Made by a program: the position numbers and the translations under genes | Virus record (IMG/VR): IMGVR_UViG_3300028364_001588 | Reading direction: 5' to 3' (one strand) | DNA length: 64,000 nt | DNA from: a virus | The notes under the pieces: generated by a model | Told to the model about the DNA's origin: nothing | Database searches by the model: none | What the model saw: only the letters and a program-made list of their open reading frames with translations | Shown here: piece by piece, positions 28,690 through 39,527 of the stretch | How the letters are laid out: every line of letters begins with the position of its first letter | How positions within the stretch are numbered: the first letter of the stretch is position 1

Positions 28690-29133
28690 TTATAAGTTTG
28701 ATGCTCCTGGGCCGAATGCTACTTGTATACCGCCTGTAGGTATACTTCCAGGTGGCGGGTTTTCTCCTGCTGATTTATCAGGCAATGTTGACTCTTGAAT
28801 AAGTAGCGAGTTTCCAACTAAATCGGTGTCATACTCAACATTTATAGGTGTATCATCAAATACGAATGCAATTAAATTTGATTGCACGTAGTTTGCAGTA
28901 GTTTTCAAACAACCTTCGGATTTTCCAGTAATATCTGGAACTTCACCCGTTTCAAGTATAAAAGTAGTTTGATAGTTAGTATCTGTATCAGAAAGTGTAA
29001 ACTTAGTTATTTCAAATAAGTCATCACCATTTGTGTCAAACCTGTTTCCATTATCATCAAACAAATATGCTCTACCTGTCTCTGTCAAGTAAGCAACTGC
29101 GTAAACTGTATCTGCTGAAGGTATATATCCCAT
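28690..29133 (-). CDS. virion structural protein
   Basis: LTETGR...LSDTDTNY, similar to the N-terminus of 29176..31206. Confidence 0.65.
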   Translation of the reverse strand: MGYIPSADTVYAVAYLTETGRAYLFDDNGNRFDTNGDDLFEITKFTLSDTDTNYQTTFILETGEVPDITGKSEGCLKTTANYVQSNLIAFVFDDTPINVEYDTDLVGNSLLIQESTLPDKSAGENPPPGSIPTGGIQVAFGPGASNL

Positions 29134-29175
29134 TTCTTTTTATTTTATTATAAATATGTTAATTTAAAAAAACCC

Positions 29176-31206
29176 TTAAAAATCTATCTCTAATTGAAAG
29201 GCTAAATATCTGGCCGAACTTTTCTTAATAGGGTATGTAGGTTTTCCTACTGCAACAAGAACGTTGTCGCTATTTAAAACTCCAACCTCAGTTATGTATG
29301 TGGCAGTATCTAATAGTCCATCAAAACTTGAATTCTCAGAAGTGTTGTAAAGCGTGTCTGGAGCAAGAATTGTCATAACAGATTTAAAAGAAGTAGCTCT
29401 AATAGCTGCTTTTATATTTCCAAAAAAGAAAGACTCATTTCCAAAAGTCAAACCGCTTGCTGCGTAATTGTTGTTATCGCTAAATGTTGAATCCAGGACA
29501 TAAGTAGAGCCACTATCATAATCTTCTCTTGATACAACGAATTGAAATCCTGAAAGGTCTGAAGGGGAAATGGTGCTCGTGCCAGTGCTTCCAGTAAAAA
29601 GACCATTACCAGTTACTCCTGATGACATAAGTCTCCATCCATCCGTTGGTATTGTATTAAAGTTAACCGATGGGCTTGTAGTCAAATTAACTTCGTTAAC
29701 CAATAGTTGGACTTTGTTTGCATTCCACCCAGTTCCTGAATAAGAATCCATGCCAGAAGAAGTTCTTAAGTAAGGGAATAATGAAGTATTGTAAAAAGCT
29801 CTAAGATATTGAGGATTTCCAAAAGAATCTTCTGAGCCATCAATTCTTTGAATATATTGACATGGTAAAGATTGCGGATAACCATAAGAAGAGCCACTTG
29901 CTGATACTGAATCGCTTTCTGTAATGTAAGTTACAAAGTATGTATATCCGCTCTTTAGCAATCCTGTAGAAGTGGTTGTATTCAAAGGAGCCAAAGGCAC
30001 AGAAGAAGTGTCTAAATTCAAGTTAGGCAATGTATAATTTCTGTTTGATTTATATGTCAAAGCAGTCAGTAATTCTGGGTCACTAATTATAATCATCTTA
30101 AGCTTGTGGTAAACTCTACCAACAATAGAATCAGATGTAGAAGTTCCATCTCTTAAGTCTCTATAAGTCGTTTGAGAAATTGCATCAAATGTGCTTGCGC
30201 CTGCGTAGTCATATAATTTAAGACCATAAGCGGTTGCTTGACCTGCGATAGATGGGTATTTATGCCACATAACTTCTGGCATATCTATTTCTACAGATTT
30301 CTCAACAAGTTGCTCAGCATAAGTATTTCCAGTAAATTCGTTTGTATAATGAACAACGCCAAACTGTCTGGTTCCATCTTCAAATCCAAGATATTGTTTG
30401 GTTCCATTATATTCTATTGAACCGTATGTGGTATATCCACTAATTGATGTGTCAGTACCTTCTACAGAACTTGTTCTGATGATGTTCATATTCCAAACTT
30501 GAGTATTAACTGTTGCGGCAGAACCATAATAAGTCTCAACACCATTAAAAGGATAGAAATATGAATTAATTATTTGTGTCGTTGGAGATGCTCCAAAGTT
30601 TGGAACTGCTCTATCAAGGGTTACAGTTGTAGTTCCTGTATCTGCAGAAAGAACTCTGTACCATAGTTTATTTGTAGGATTAGCCGAAAGAATCGCTGTT
30701 GATGCATCATAAGTAACTCCACTATTTTGAACTGGTTCCCAAGGGATGTACATTAATTCTCCACCTGTTGGAAAATACCCAGTACCACCTCCAGCTACAG
30801 TAATAACATTTGTTCCATCAGGAACGTATGTTGAGTAGTCTATTGTATTACTACCTAAAATTTCTTCACTATCATATGCCCAAGCTCCAGTACCTCCAGT
30901 ATAAAATCCAATAGAGTTTGTTGCTGCTGTGATTATTTGATTTGCGGAACCAACCACGATATCAAATGCATCAGAGCCATCAAAACTAAGAGGGTTTGCA
31001 AATTTAGGAGCACTATCTTTTGGTGCAATTACTCTGTTGCTACACCCAATGTCATATGCGCCAGTTCTGTCAATACCATAATTAACCTCCCTATCAGAAA
31101 GGAGTGCTTTATTGAAGGTAAGCCGCCCTAATGACAGAAGTTTCCTACCGTCATCGGTAAGCTTTATGTTTATAAAAGTTGTTGACTCTTTTGGTAAGTA
31201 ACTCAT
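29176..31206 (-). CDS. virion structural (baseplate/tail) protein
   Basis: LTDDGRK...LSDREVNY N-terminus; ITEVGVLN...VAVGK C-terminus. Confidence 0.7.
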   Translation of the reverse strand: MSYLPKESTTFINIKLTDDGRKLLSLGRLTFNKALLSDREVNYGIDRTGAYDIGCSNRVIAPKDSAPKFANPLSFDGSDAFDIVVGSANQIITAATNSIGFYTGGTGAWAYDSEEILGSNTIDYSTYVPDGTNVITVAGGGTGYFPTGGELMYIPWEPVQNSGVTYDASTAILSANPTNKLWYRVLSADTGTTTVTLDRAVPNFGASPTTQIINSYFYPFNGVETYYGSAATVNTQVWNMNIIRTSSVEGTDTSISGYTTYGSIEYNGTKQYLGFEDGTRQFGVVHYTNEFTGNTYAEQLVEKSVEIDMPEVMWHKYPSIAGQATAYGLKLYDYAGASTFDAISQTTYRDLRDGTSTSDSIVGRVYHKLKMIIISDPELLTALTYKSNRNYTLPNLNLDTSSVPLAPLNTTTSTGLLKSGYTYFVTYITESDSVSASGSSYGYPQSLPCQYIQRIDGSEDSFGNPQYLRAFYNTSLFPYLRTSSGMDSYSGTGWNANKVQLLVNEVNLTTSPSVNFNTIPTDGWRLMSSGVTGNGLFTGSTGTSTISPSDLSGFQFVVSREDYDSGSTYVLDSTFSDNNNYAASGLTFGNESFFFGNIKAAIRATSFKSVMTILAPDTLYNTSENSSFDGLLDTATYITEVGVLNSDNVLVAVGKPTYPIKKSSARYLAFQLEIDF

Positions 31207-31343
31207 TTCAGCGTATTTTTTTCTATAAATAGAATGATAAAATTTATTTAATAATTGTCCTAATATAAATAGTTTTCAATAAAAATAAATTTTGCATTGA
31301 CATTAGAAATCTTTTTCGCTAATATTTATTATAAAACAACTAC

Positions 31344-33797
31344 ATGGCAGATACTCCATCAAATCCTAATAATTCACTATCTCCAGCCTTTCAGCCAGGA
31401 CAAGACCTTAGGTTTCCTAATACGAGCTCAGAGTCTATATTTACGTTTGGTGACTTTAGAATTGAGAGAAGCGGTGAATCAGACGCTTTAACTGGCACTG
31501 CCAAAAACGTAACATTTACACCATTCTCTACTCTTGAGAACATGGGGCTTGACGATTTCAACCCAATGATTACGACTTCGGTTCAAAATAATGAATTGAG
31601 ACCCGTTGCGTCTGACCCGTATAGTTATTCTTATTTCGGCTCTTTTTATACAGAAGTAGCACGCTCAATAAATAATATTCTTAACACATTTCCTTACGCT
31701 GCTCTTTCTTATGATGATTTTAATGGAGTTACCATATATGATTATACTCAAACTTTTAATCAAATAACTGGAGAAAAAACATCTACTTTTAAAATTCCAG
31801 CAGATACAATTATAAATCAAGGATTCATTTTGTTTAACTCAGGTTCTCCAATTGGAAACCAAGTTAGTTTAATGACTCAGACAAATTTGTTTGAAATACA
31901 ATTTAGCGGAGCAACTACAGCTCAGACTGATTCGCATATTATAAAAACATATTCTTATACTGGAGGGACAAATGCAACTCTTGAGTTCACTATTGATGGT
32001 CATCTAATTAATGATGCTGTAATTCCTTTTGATAACGCTGGAACGTCAAGCAAGCTTCCTGTCTACATTAGGCCATCCAGAAAAAGAATGACTGAATACA
32101 GAATTCAGCAGTCAAGACTGGAGCGCCAACTATTAAATGAAGCTAAGTTTGACATTCCTGATATTGATGATGAGAAAAGAGATTTTACATATAAAATGCC
32201 TTGGCCAAGAAGTATTGATGGATTCAACCCAGATACTAAAGGGACAAAATTTGAAAACTATCAATCTAACATGCTGTTGCTTGCAGGCAACGTTGATATG
32301 GACAAAACTGACATTATGGTTAAAACCTTATTGCCAGATAACTACCTTGAATTTGATACTGACACACAGATATATAAAAAGTTTGCATCAGCCTATGCGA
32401 AAGAGTTTGATGAGATTAAACAATTTATCGACAACATAGCTTATGGTCACACAATTAATTATAATGACGAAAATAGTGTTCCAGAAAAGTTTTTGGTTAA
32501 ATTAAGTAATCTTCTTGGCTGGAAGCTTTCAAGTTCTTTTAGCGAAATTGACCTTTTTGAGTACCTGGCCTCTGAAGAGAATCCTGAACAAAATTCATTT
32601 GCATACTACAATGTAGAGATGTGGAAGAGGATATTGATTAATATAAATTGGCTTTACAAGAAAAAAGGAACAAGAGATGCTCTTCAGTTTTTATTTAAAC
32701 TAATGGGAGCTCCTGAATGCCTTGTTGTGTTCAACGAGTTTGTGTACGACATACAACAGACTACATCTACTGAGATACCAGACCCAGAAATAAATTTACA
32801 ACTTCAGACTGGGGTATCTTTTACAAAAGTAAACCCAAGAGGTTTTCCTAACTATAACTGGAGTAAGTTAATATTCCAAGAAGGAGGAAAAGGAAGAGGT
32901 ACTGGTCAAAAATATATTAACCAGTGGGAACCTGAGTTCTTTCCTCTAAAAAGAAATGATAATATCAAAGTTCAAGTTGGAGATACAGGATTTACTGGAA
33001 GTGAGAACGTAATGAACACAAAGGAGCTGTGCGCAACTCTTAGCCCTGCTGCTGCAATTGAGTGCGATGTTAAAGGTTGGTATCAGCAAAGTGGTACATG
33101 CTGGGTGTGGGGAACGCAAGGTATGCCTATTTTTAGCTCAAATACAGTACCTTACGAATATGCTATTGCTAATTGTGATTTTGTCAATCCTGCAGAAATA
33201 TCTGGAATGACACTCACAGAATATACTGAATTTATTTACAAGTCAAACATAGAGCCAAGAAATAGAAAAACAAATGCTCAAGTTCATACTTCATTCTCAT
33301 ACCCTGAGTTAAAGAAGATATATATGAACTATTATTTGATGGCTGACCCTAAATCAAATCAGTTGACTATTAAAAAACTTGAAGCTTTTCTTGATTTGAC
33401 GGAAGTCAACTTCCAGGATTATTTAATGCAACTATTACCTGCTACAACAATTCTTGAATGTCAGGGCACTACTTATAGGAACACTATATTTCACAGACAA
33501 AGATTTGTGTACAAAGAAGGGATTAATGATGGTTCAGAGTTTCAAAACGCTCTACCGCCAGATTTAAGACCTAACATTAAACCGATTCAAATTACTCCTA
33601 AAATAAACGACTTCTTAGAAGGGAGTCTTACTCCAGTTGTAATAAATTCAAGAATTTCTCAAGGTATAAGTAAGAGGATTAATGCGGTTAAAATTAAAGG
33701 ATATATTAACGTCAACGTGTTTGGTGCTGGAATTGAAGGTCATGAAATTTATGGAGAAATTCAACCAGGAGTATCTCAAACTACAATAGCACCATAA
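31344..33797 (+). CDS. baseplate wedge protein (P2 gpI / T4 gp7-like segment)
   Basis: LSNLLGW...NWLYKKKGTRDALQFLFKLMG motif; TATTTATT at 31323-31330. Confidence 0.65.
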   Translation: MADTPSNPNNSLSPAFQPGQDLRFPNTSSESIFTFGDFRIERSGESDALTGTAKNVTFTPFSTLENMGLDDFNPMITTSVQNNELRPVASDPYSYSYFGSFYTEVARSINNILNTFPYAALSYDDFNGVTIYDYTQTFNQITGEKTSTFKIPADTIINQGFILFNSGSPIGNQVSLMTQTNLFEIQFSGATTAQTDSHIIKTYSYTGGTNATLEFTIDGHLINDAVIPFDNAGTSSKLPVYIRPSRKRMTEYRIQQSRLERQLLNEAKFDIPDIDDEKRDFTYKMPWPRSIDGFNPDTKGTKFENYQSNMLLLAGNVDMDKTDIMVKTLLPDNYLEFDTDTQIYKKFASAYAKEFDEIKQFIDNIAYGHTINYNDENSVPEKFLVKLSNLLGWKLSSSFSEIDLFEYLASEENPEQNSFAYYNVEMWKRILININWLYKKKGTRDALQFLFKLMGAPECLVVFNEFVYDIQQTTSTEIPDPEINLQLQTGVSFTKVNPRGFPNYNWSKLIFQEGGKGRGTGQKYINQWEPEFFPLKRNDNIKVQVGDTGFTGSENVMNTKELCATLSPAAAIECDVKGWYQQSGTCWVWGTQGMPIFSSNTVPYEYAIANCDFVNPAEISGMTLTEYTEFIYKSNIEPRNRKTNAQVHTSFSYPELKKIYMNYYLMADPKSNQLTIKKLEAFLDLTEVNFQDYLMQLLPATTILECQGTTYRNTIFHRQRFVYKEGINDGSEFQNALPPDLRPNIKPIQITPKINDFLEGSLTPVVINSRISQGISKRINAVKIKGYINVNVFGAGIEGHEIYGEIQPGVSQTTIAP

Positions 33798-35170
33798 TGA
33801 TAGAGAAAAAATCCATACAAGAAACAACAGGCAACGCTACAAACGTTGCTCAAAGTTTTTATCAAAACATATTCTTTACAACAAAGAATGGAGTCACTGT
33901 TCCTTCTGTTTTCGAAGTTCCACAATATACAACCGTTGGTGGTACGAAGGATTATTACATGCAAGACCCGCTTTCTATATTTACAAACCTTGTAAAGCCT
34001 TTTATTATATTTGACTTTAGCGAAAACACTGCAAGCTTCGGTCCTACTGTTAAAATAAAACATGATGTGTATCGTGTTAGTTGGGATTTGTTTAGCACAG
34101 TTCAAAGTGGCTTAAAATCTTATTCAAATGAAGCAGTTCAAACAGAAGATGTAACAACAGAAACAATTGAAGAGGTTGATAACATCACAGGAGAAATAAA
34201 AAAGAAAACAATTACAAGAACGCTGAGCTCAGACAGCAATGTGCTTAAGTCAAAAAGGAAAGTATCCAACGCAGAAGGAACAAAAGACGAAATGATAACG
34301 ACTCTTCCAACTGTCGCAGATATTCAAGCTCAACTTGATAATCCTATATTTTCAATAACAGCAAGTACAACTGGTATTACTACCAACATATATAACCTTC
34401 AAATAGAGCAGTTTACAAAAAAACTTGGAGAATATAAAACAGAGCTATTCAAAGATAGAGACCAATATATAATTGATACCAATTTTATATTTGAAATTGA
34501 CGTTACAGGCGGGTTAACTGATTACGAAACTGTTGACGAAGATGGAAATGTTTTTGTCAGCACTTATGAAAATCCAAAAACAGGACAAACTGAAAGTTCT
34601 GGAGCAACAATAGGCAAAGGAGAGTTTGAAGGTCTTAATTTTAAGACTGGAGATTATTTCTCATTTTTTGAAGTTCCTGACAAACCTATTCTCGAATACC
34701 CTACGCCAGAGGGTCAAATTGACACTTTTACTCCAGAGATATTTTGGACAAATGGAGAGGGGGCTGATGAATATTTAGTACAAGTTAACTACAACACAGG
34801 AGATACTGGATTTACAGGAACTGTATTTACTTACATTGTTCCTAAATTAGACGAATATAAAGAAGTTGCCATGAGCAAAACCAAAGATACAACTTCTGAA
34901 TTTTCTACAGACAAGACAATTAGAAAGTATCAACTTTCGCTCAAGACAAGTAAATGCTTATTATACAGGGTAGGAAACGTTAAGGTGCTTAAAAATTTAT
35001 TTGATGTTAAACAGAGTGTTGTAACTTTTTCAGATAATAAAACAATATGCACACAGGTTGAGCCGATTAAGACATTTGTTAAAACAGAAAGCGATAGCCC
35101 TTGGACTTCAGAAATAGCAGGGTTGCAATCAGCGCCTTCTATTGATGTGGAAAGTCCTCCGCACCGATAG
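33797..35170 (+). CDS. virion structural protein, C-terminus probably truncated
   Basis: 457-aa ORF with an Fn3-like segment; abrupt end at about 35160. Confidence 0.65.
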   Translation: MIEKKSIQETTGNATNVAQSFYQNIFFTTKNGVTVPSVFEVPQYTTVGGTKDYYMQDPLSIFTNLVKPFIIFDFSENTASFGPTVKIKHDVYRVSWDLFSTVQSGLKSYSNEAVQTEDVTTETIEEVDNITGEIKKKTITRTLSSDSNVLKSKRKVSNAEGTKDEMITTLPTVADIQAQLDNPIFSITASTTGITTNIYNLQIEQFTKKLGEYKTELFKDRDQYIIDTNFIFEIDVTGGLTDYETVDEDGNVFVSTYENPKTGQTESSGATIGKGEFEGLNFKTGDYFSFFEVPDKPILEYPTPEGQIDTFTPEIFWTNGEGADEYLVQVNYNTGDTGFTGTVFTYIVPKLDEYKEVAMSKTKDTTSEFSTDKTIRKYQLSLKTSKCLLYRVGNVKVLKNLFDVKQSVVTFSDNKTICTQVEPIKTFVKTESDSPWTSEIAGLQSAPSIDVESPPHR

Positions 35171-35559
35171 AATTAGGTAGTTCTGTTGATTTTTCTGGTG
35201 GTACTTCTGGGGGCGTTATTTACTCTGGAGGGACCGACCTTTATGATATATTCTCTGGAGGAGTTAATACTAATTTTGCAAATACAAACCTAACTCTTAC
35301 TGGAGATAGATTACACACAATTGGGTCTAATAAACTTGTATTTGATGCTGGTTCTGCAAATGGAAGTATTTTATTTTCTGGAGATAGCGCTGTTGACAGT
35401 CAAATAAAACTCATGAACAACTTTTCAAACGAAATGTCGTCATTGGTAGTTATGATTGGGGGCGCATATTTAGATGGAACCGACTCTTCTGGAGTTAAAT
35501 CAAGCCAAATAAAAGCGAGTTCTGGGTCAGCTCCTGCAGAGCGTATGGTTGTGATTTAA
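35161..35559 (+). pseudogene. startless tail-fibre-like fragment
   Basis: Open frame APIELGSSVDFSGGTSGGVIYSGGTDLYDIF... (132 codons) with no start codon at its 5' end. Confidence 0.55.
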
Positions 35560-35564
35560 CTGGA

Positions 35565-36827
35565 GTGCTTGATTTATCTACGATAGCTATACATAATTCT
35601 CTTACATTATTTTTAAACCCAAACCTAACAGGAGTTACTCACTCTGCAACCACTCAATATATGGGTTTTTATGACCTTTCTGATTGTGATATAACAGGCA
35701 ATCACGATATAAGCATGTTTGCAGACTTAGGAGGAACATTTTCTTTAGATGGAAACTCAAACCTAACAGGGATAACGCACACAGGCTCAACAAGCAATTT
35801 CGGTAGCTATAACGTTAGCTCTTGTAATTTAACTGGAAATCATGATGTTAGCATGTTGTTAGGTCTGGGTGGAGACTTTAATGTTTCATCAAACCCTAAC
35901 CTAACAAGTATAACACACGCTGGTTCAACAAGTAATTTTGAAAAATATAGAATTAACTCTACTGGCATTGCGAATCTTGACTTGTCTATGATAACAGTTG
36001 GAGGGGGTACATTTGGTACTTTTTCTGCGAATAATTGCCCAAACCTAACAGCAATTACGCATTCTGCGTCAACAGAATCAATAAAAAGTTATAATGTTTA
36101 TTCTTGTGATTTAATAGGAAATCACGATATAAGCATGCTCTCTAATATGAGCGGAAGCCTTAGTTTTAATTCTAACCTAAATTTAACAAGCGTAACACAC
36201 CCTGCAATAAGCGAGTTAAACACTTATAACGGATATTCATGCGATATGATTGGAACACAAGATATGACCATGATAGATGAGCTTGGTTCATTCAATATGT
36301 ATGCAAATAGTAACTTAACAAGAATATTACACGCACCCTCAAGTAACCCTGGGGACTATACAGCTTGGGGATGCGACCTGCAGCCAGCTCATAATATGTC
36401 GATGCTATCTGGAAGGACTGATTATATAAGAGTTCATGACAACCCAAACTTAACAAGCATAGCGCTTGGGCCTTCTTCTGGCACCTTTAGGAATACAAAC
36501 ACGTCAAGTGCAACAAAAGCAATTAGTATGAATGATTGTGATTTAGGGTTTGTTGATTTTATGCCACTTTCTTCGGCAACGATGAATACTGGAGCAACAC
36601 ACAGAGCCTCAATAACACTTCAAAACAATGGCATGAATGAAGTGGAAGTGAATAGAACACTTGTATCGTTTGATGAAATGTCAACATTAAACCCTTCTGG
36701 CTGGTCTGGTGTAATATTAGACATAAGCGGAAGCAATCAGCCGCCAAATGGCTCAAGCGGAGGATATAATGGAACTGGGGCTACTATTAGTTTAATATCA
36801 AAAGGTTGGACAGTTACAACGTCTTAA
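35565..36827 (+). CDS. leucine-rich-repeat-like beta-solenoid protein (receptor-binding candidate), N-terminus missing
   Basis: About 48-aa repeats NPNLTxITH...CDLxGNHDISM; C-terminal LISKGWTVT; frame begins mid-repeat (AYGCDLTGV). Confidence 0.7.
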   Translation: MLDLSTIAIHNSLTLFLNPNLTGVTHSATTQYMGFYDLSDCDITGNHDISMFADLGGTFSLDGNSNLTGITHTGSTSNFGSYNVSSCNLTGNHDVSMLLGLGGDFNVSSNPNLTSITHAGSTSNFEKYRINSTGIANLDLSMITVGGGTFGTFSANNCPNLTAITHSASTESIKSYNVYSCDLIGNHDISMLSNMSGSLSFNSNLNLTSVTHPAISELNTYNGYSCDMIGTQDMTMIDELGSFNMYANSNLTRILHAPSSNPGDYTAWGCDLQPAHNMSMLSGRTDYIRVHDNPNLTSIALGPSSGTFRNTNTSSATKAISMNDCDLGFVDFMPLSSATMNTGATHRASITLQNNGMNEVEVNRTLVSFDEMSTLNPSGWSGVILDISGSNQPPNGSSGGYNGTGATISLISKGWTVTTS

Positions 36828-36829
36828 TT

Positions 36830-37039
36830 ATGGAAGTTACTCAAGAAAATATAAACGGAACTGTAATAAACAGAACGGATAGCGAAATGTCATGGAGACT
36901 AATTCACGATGGAAACAGGGTTATAGACTTGTTTGAATCGTCTGGAACCACTGTGACCATGTATGATATTTTCCTGGCATCAACCTTAGAAGAGTGTCAA
37001 GCTCAAATCTATTCCTTAGATTTAGACTATAACCCTTAA
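36830..37039 (+). CDS. small protein (possible fibre chaperone)
   Basis: ATG 2 nt after the LRR stop. Confidence 0.55.
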   Translation: MEVTQENINGTVINRTDSEMSWRLIHDGNRVIDLFESSGTTVTMYDIFLASTLEECQAQIYSLDLDYNP

Positions 37040-37911
37040 AGACCTTGAGAAAGATTGAAGAACGTTTGCGCTCTATTAATATTGCTTCTCTCTTCTTTAA
37101 CATCAATGTTACCATCAGAAAACTGTTTCTTCCTTGTAACAAGATTGTATTGTCTATAAAGATTTCCATTGTCATCAAATATTGAGTAAACTCCAGTCTC
37201 AAGGTCTCTTGTTGAGTCTCCGTAAAGAACGTAGCTTAATGTTTTGATTGACTGGTCTACCATTTCAACTTCAACCATAACAGGGTCAAAGAAAGTGTTT
37301 GATATAAGTATTTGCTGACCTGATTTACCAAGGTCAGAACTAACAGTGTTGGTTATTAGACTTGCTTCATCTGGAGTAAGTGTAAGAAATAATTGATTTC
37401 CATTAGGGTCAATTACATAAGTAGTAGAACTTGCGTTTGTTGTGTTATTGTTTGGGTTAACACTTACAAGGTCAGAGCTTGTAATTATTCTATGAAAGTT
37501 TTTAATCTTAACACCATTATCATCAAAATACTCCATTTGGTATCCCACAAGACTTCCAGTGCTTTGAAACTGTAGCTTTGGTATGATTATACCTTTTTTA
37601 GAAATTTGTATCTCCTGGTCGTTATTTGTTATGACGAATGAACAGTCAACTATTTCTGTTTGAAATATTTTTGGCCTAATTAAAAGCAAGTAAAACCCAA
37701 GTTGGTTGAATATGCTGGCTGGAAGTCTTAATTTATATCCACCATCTCCACCAAGCATTTTTCTAAATTCATTATTAGTAACACTATTGTATATTGGTTG
37801 GAAACTTGTGTCACCAAGCGATTCTCTATTTGGAGAATAAGAATATAACACATCAACATCGTTAAAATCTGCGTCACTGAGCTTCACAGTACCATAAGTT
37901 CCTACAGCCAT
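37036..37911 (-). CDS. virion structural protein (target of homing-endonuclease insertion)
   Basis: 291-aa ORF; N-terminus MAVGTYGTVKL is duplicated at 39489-39527. Confidence 0.75.
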   Translation of the reverse strand: MAVGTYGTVKLSDADFNDVDVLYSYSPNRESLGDTSFQPIYNSVTNNEFRKMLGGDGGYKLRLPASIFNQLGFYLLLIRPKIFQTEIVDCSFVITNNDQEIQISKKGIIIPKLQFQSTGSLVGYQMEYFDDNGVKIKNFHRIITSSDLVSVNPNNNTTNASSTTYVIDPNGNQLFLTLTPDEASLITNTVSSDLGKSGQQILISNTFFDPVMVEVEMVDQSIKTLSYVLYGDSTRDLETGVYSIFDDNGNLYRQYNLVTRKKQFSDGNIDVKEERSNINRAQTFFNLSQGL

Positions 37912-38837
37912 AGTTTTTCTTTTTTATATAAATAATCGGAAATAATTTTATTAACATTTTTTAAATCAAAATAAGGTATTCTCAAAAGGTTAATACCACT
38001 TTTTTTACAATACTCTGTTTTTAATATATCTCTCTGTTTCATTTCCTTAAACTTTATTTTTGCTATAGATTTATCAAAATATAACCTCCAAGGCTCATAG
38101 TGATATTCTCCATCGTATTCTATACATATATTATAATATTGTAAATAGAAATCAAATTTAAGGTGTCTATTTGTCTTAGCGTTCCTGCAATCATCAAAAA
38201 TCTTTTGCTTCTCAAAATCTACATTATTTTTCTTTAAAAATAAAGCCACTTTTCTCTCTCCTTTGGATTCAGAACACTTTTGACAACCAGAACCCATCAG
38301 ATGTATATATGGTTTTTGCTCAAACTCCCCGTGTATTGGACACATTATATTGATGGGCTTGTCATATCTTTCATAGGCAGTTTTCGAATAATCATATTTA
38401 TTATCATGCTTTTCTGATGCATCATCAATGAAGTCTTCTGTAGTCCTGCCGACTCCAGCGCATTTTGGACAACCATTTCCATTAAGGTGTTGATTTGGTT
38501 TCTGCGCAAAATCACCATGCTTAATACAACTAATAACAACTTTAATTTTATTTCCAATATATTTCACCTTTGAGTAGTTGTATCTATCTCCATGAACGTC
38601 CTTTGCTTTTTTAACAAACTCTTTAGTATTTCCGTTTTTATTTCCAGCGCAAATTGAGCAGCCATTTTTAGCTGATACATGTCCATTTGGACTTTGTTCA
38701 AATACACCATGGTCTACACATACAATTTTAATCTTCGTTGAGTTATTTTTGTAATTCACCAAAGAGTAATCATACTTATATCCATGGATGATTTTTGCTT
38801 TTTTAATAAATTCTTCTGTTGTTAGTTTTCTTGGCAT
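37902..38837 (-). CDS. putative homing endonuclease (DUF723-like Zn-finger repeats plus Vsr/DUF559-like nuclease)
   Basis: Three YDYS...CxxHG.F.Q.P..H...GCxxC repeats; ESKGE, FDFY and IEYDGEYH. Confidence 0.82.
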   Translation of the reverse strand: MPRKLTTEEFIKKAKIIHGYKYDYSLVNYKNNSTKIKIVCVDHGVFEQSPNGHVSAKNGCSICAGNKNGNTKEFVKKAKDVHGDRYNYSKVKYIGNKIKVVISCIKHGDFAQKPNQHLNGNGCPKCAGVGRTTEDFIDDASEKHDNKYDYSKTAYERYDKPINIMCPIHGEFEQKPYIHLMGSGCQKCSESKGERKVALFLKKNNVDFEKQKIFDDCRNAKTNRHLKFDFYLQYYNICIEYDGEYHYEPWRLYFDKSIAKIKFKEMKQRDILKTEYCKKSGINLLRIPYFDLKNVNKIISDYLYKKEKLWL

Positions 38838-38924
38838 AAGCCTTTTATTATAAATACATAAGATTTTTAAAAATCAACATCAGCTAATTTTATATTGATT
38901 AAAAATATTTCCATATTTATTAAT

Positions 38925-39476
38925 ATGGACACTATCAGGCTTATAATTAGAGAAGAAATCCGCATCATATTAAACGAAGAACGTCAAGGTGGTGGCTTAA
39001 GTCAGTTTATTAAGAACTGGGGCGATTTTGTATTAGATATTTCTGATTATAGAGAACAAGATTTAGCACAGCTATATAAAGAGGGGGCCAATTCTCTAAG
39101 GTTTAATCTGGAACATAAAGAATTAATTTATCGTGGGATGTCAGTTAATGATGAATGGCTTAATCAATTTATGAAAAGTGATTCTATAAGGTTAGGTAAA
39201 TTCTGGTCTTTCGATAAAGTTGTTAGCAAAGATTTCATGCAAGCTCCAGATGTTTATGATGATGAATTTTCTAAGTTTAAAGGGAAAAATAAATTGTTTA
39301 TTATAGCTAAAGCTCCTGGGTATTTAAGTCATATTGATGTTGATGCTACGGTTGCTCATGGAATTGTCTCATCAGAAAGTGAATTAAGGCTATTAAAAGG
39401 CGCTCCACTTGACGTGGTTTCAATAAAGTTTAACGGCAAGGAGTTGAACTTCGAGAACAAGAATCTAACTTCTTAA
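38925..39476 (+). CDS. ADP-ribosyltransferase-like protein (R-S-E type) with head-protein-type N-terminus
   Basis: IYRGM...FWS...ESELRL; MDTIRLIIREEI; TATTTATT at 38914-38921. Confidence 0.55.
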   Translation: MDTIRLIIREEIRIILNEERQGGGLSQFIKNWGDFVLDISDYREQDLAQLYKEGANSLRFNLEHKELIYRGMSVNDEWLNQFMKSDSIRLGKFWSFDKVVSKDFMQAPDVYDDEFSKFKGKNKLFIIAKAPGYLSHIDVDATVAHGIVSSESELRLLKGAPLDVVSIKFNGKELNFENKNLTS

Positions 39477-39527
39477 TAAAAACACTTTATCTGCTAATTT
39501 AACTGTTCCGTAAGTTCCTACTGCCAT
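39465..39527 (-). pseudogene. orphaned original 5' end of the 37036..37911 gene
   Basis: MAVGTYGTVKLADKVFLLRS* preceded by TATTTATA at 39543-39550. Confidence 0.8.

Larger units (their letters stand above)
37873..39488. mobile_element. homing-endonuclease cassette A (recoded host-gene start + endonuclease + ART-like cargo)
   Basis: Flanked by two versions of the same 13 codons (12/13 aa and 27/39 nt identical). Confidence 0.75.
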
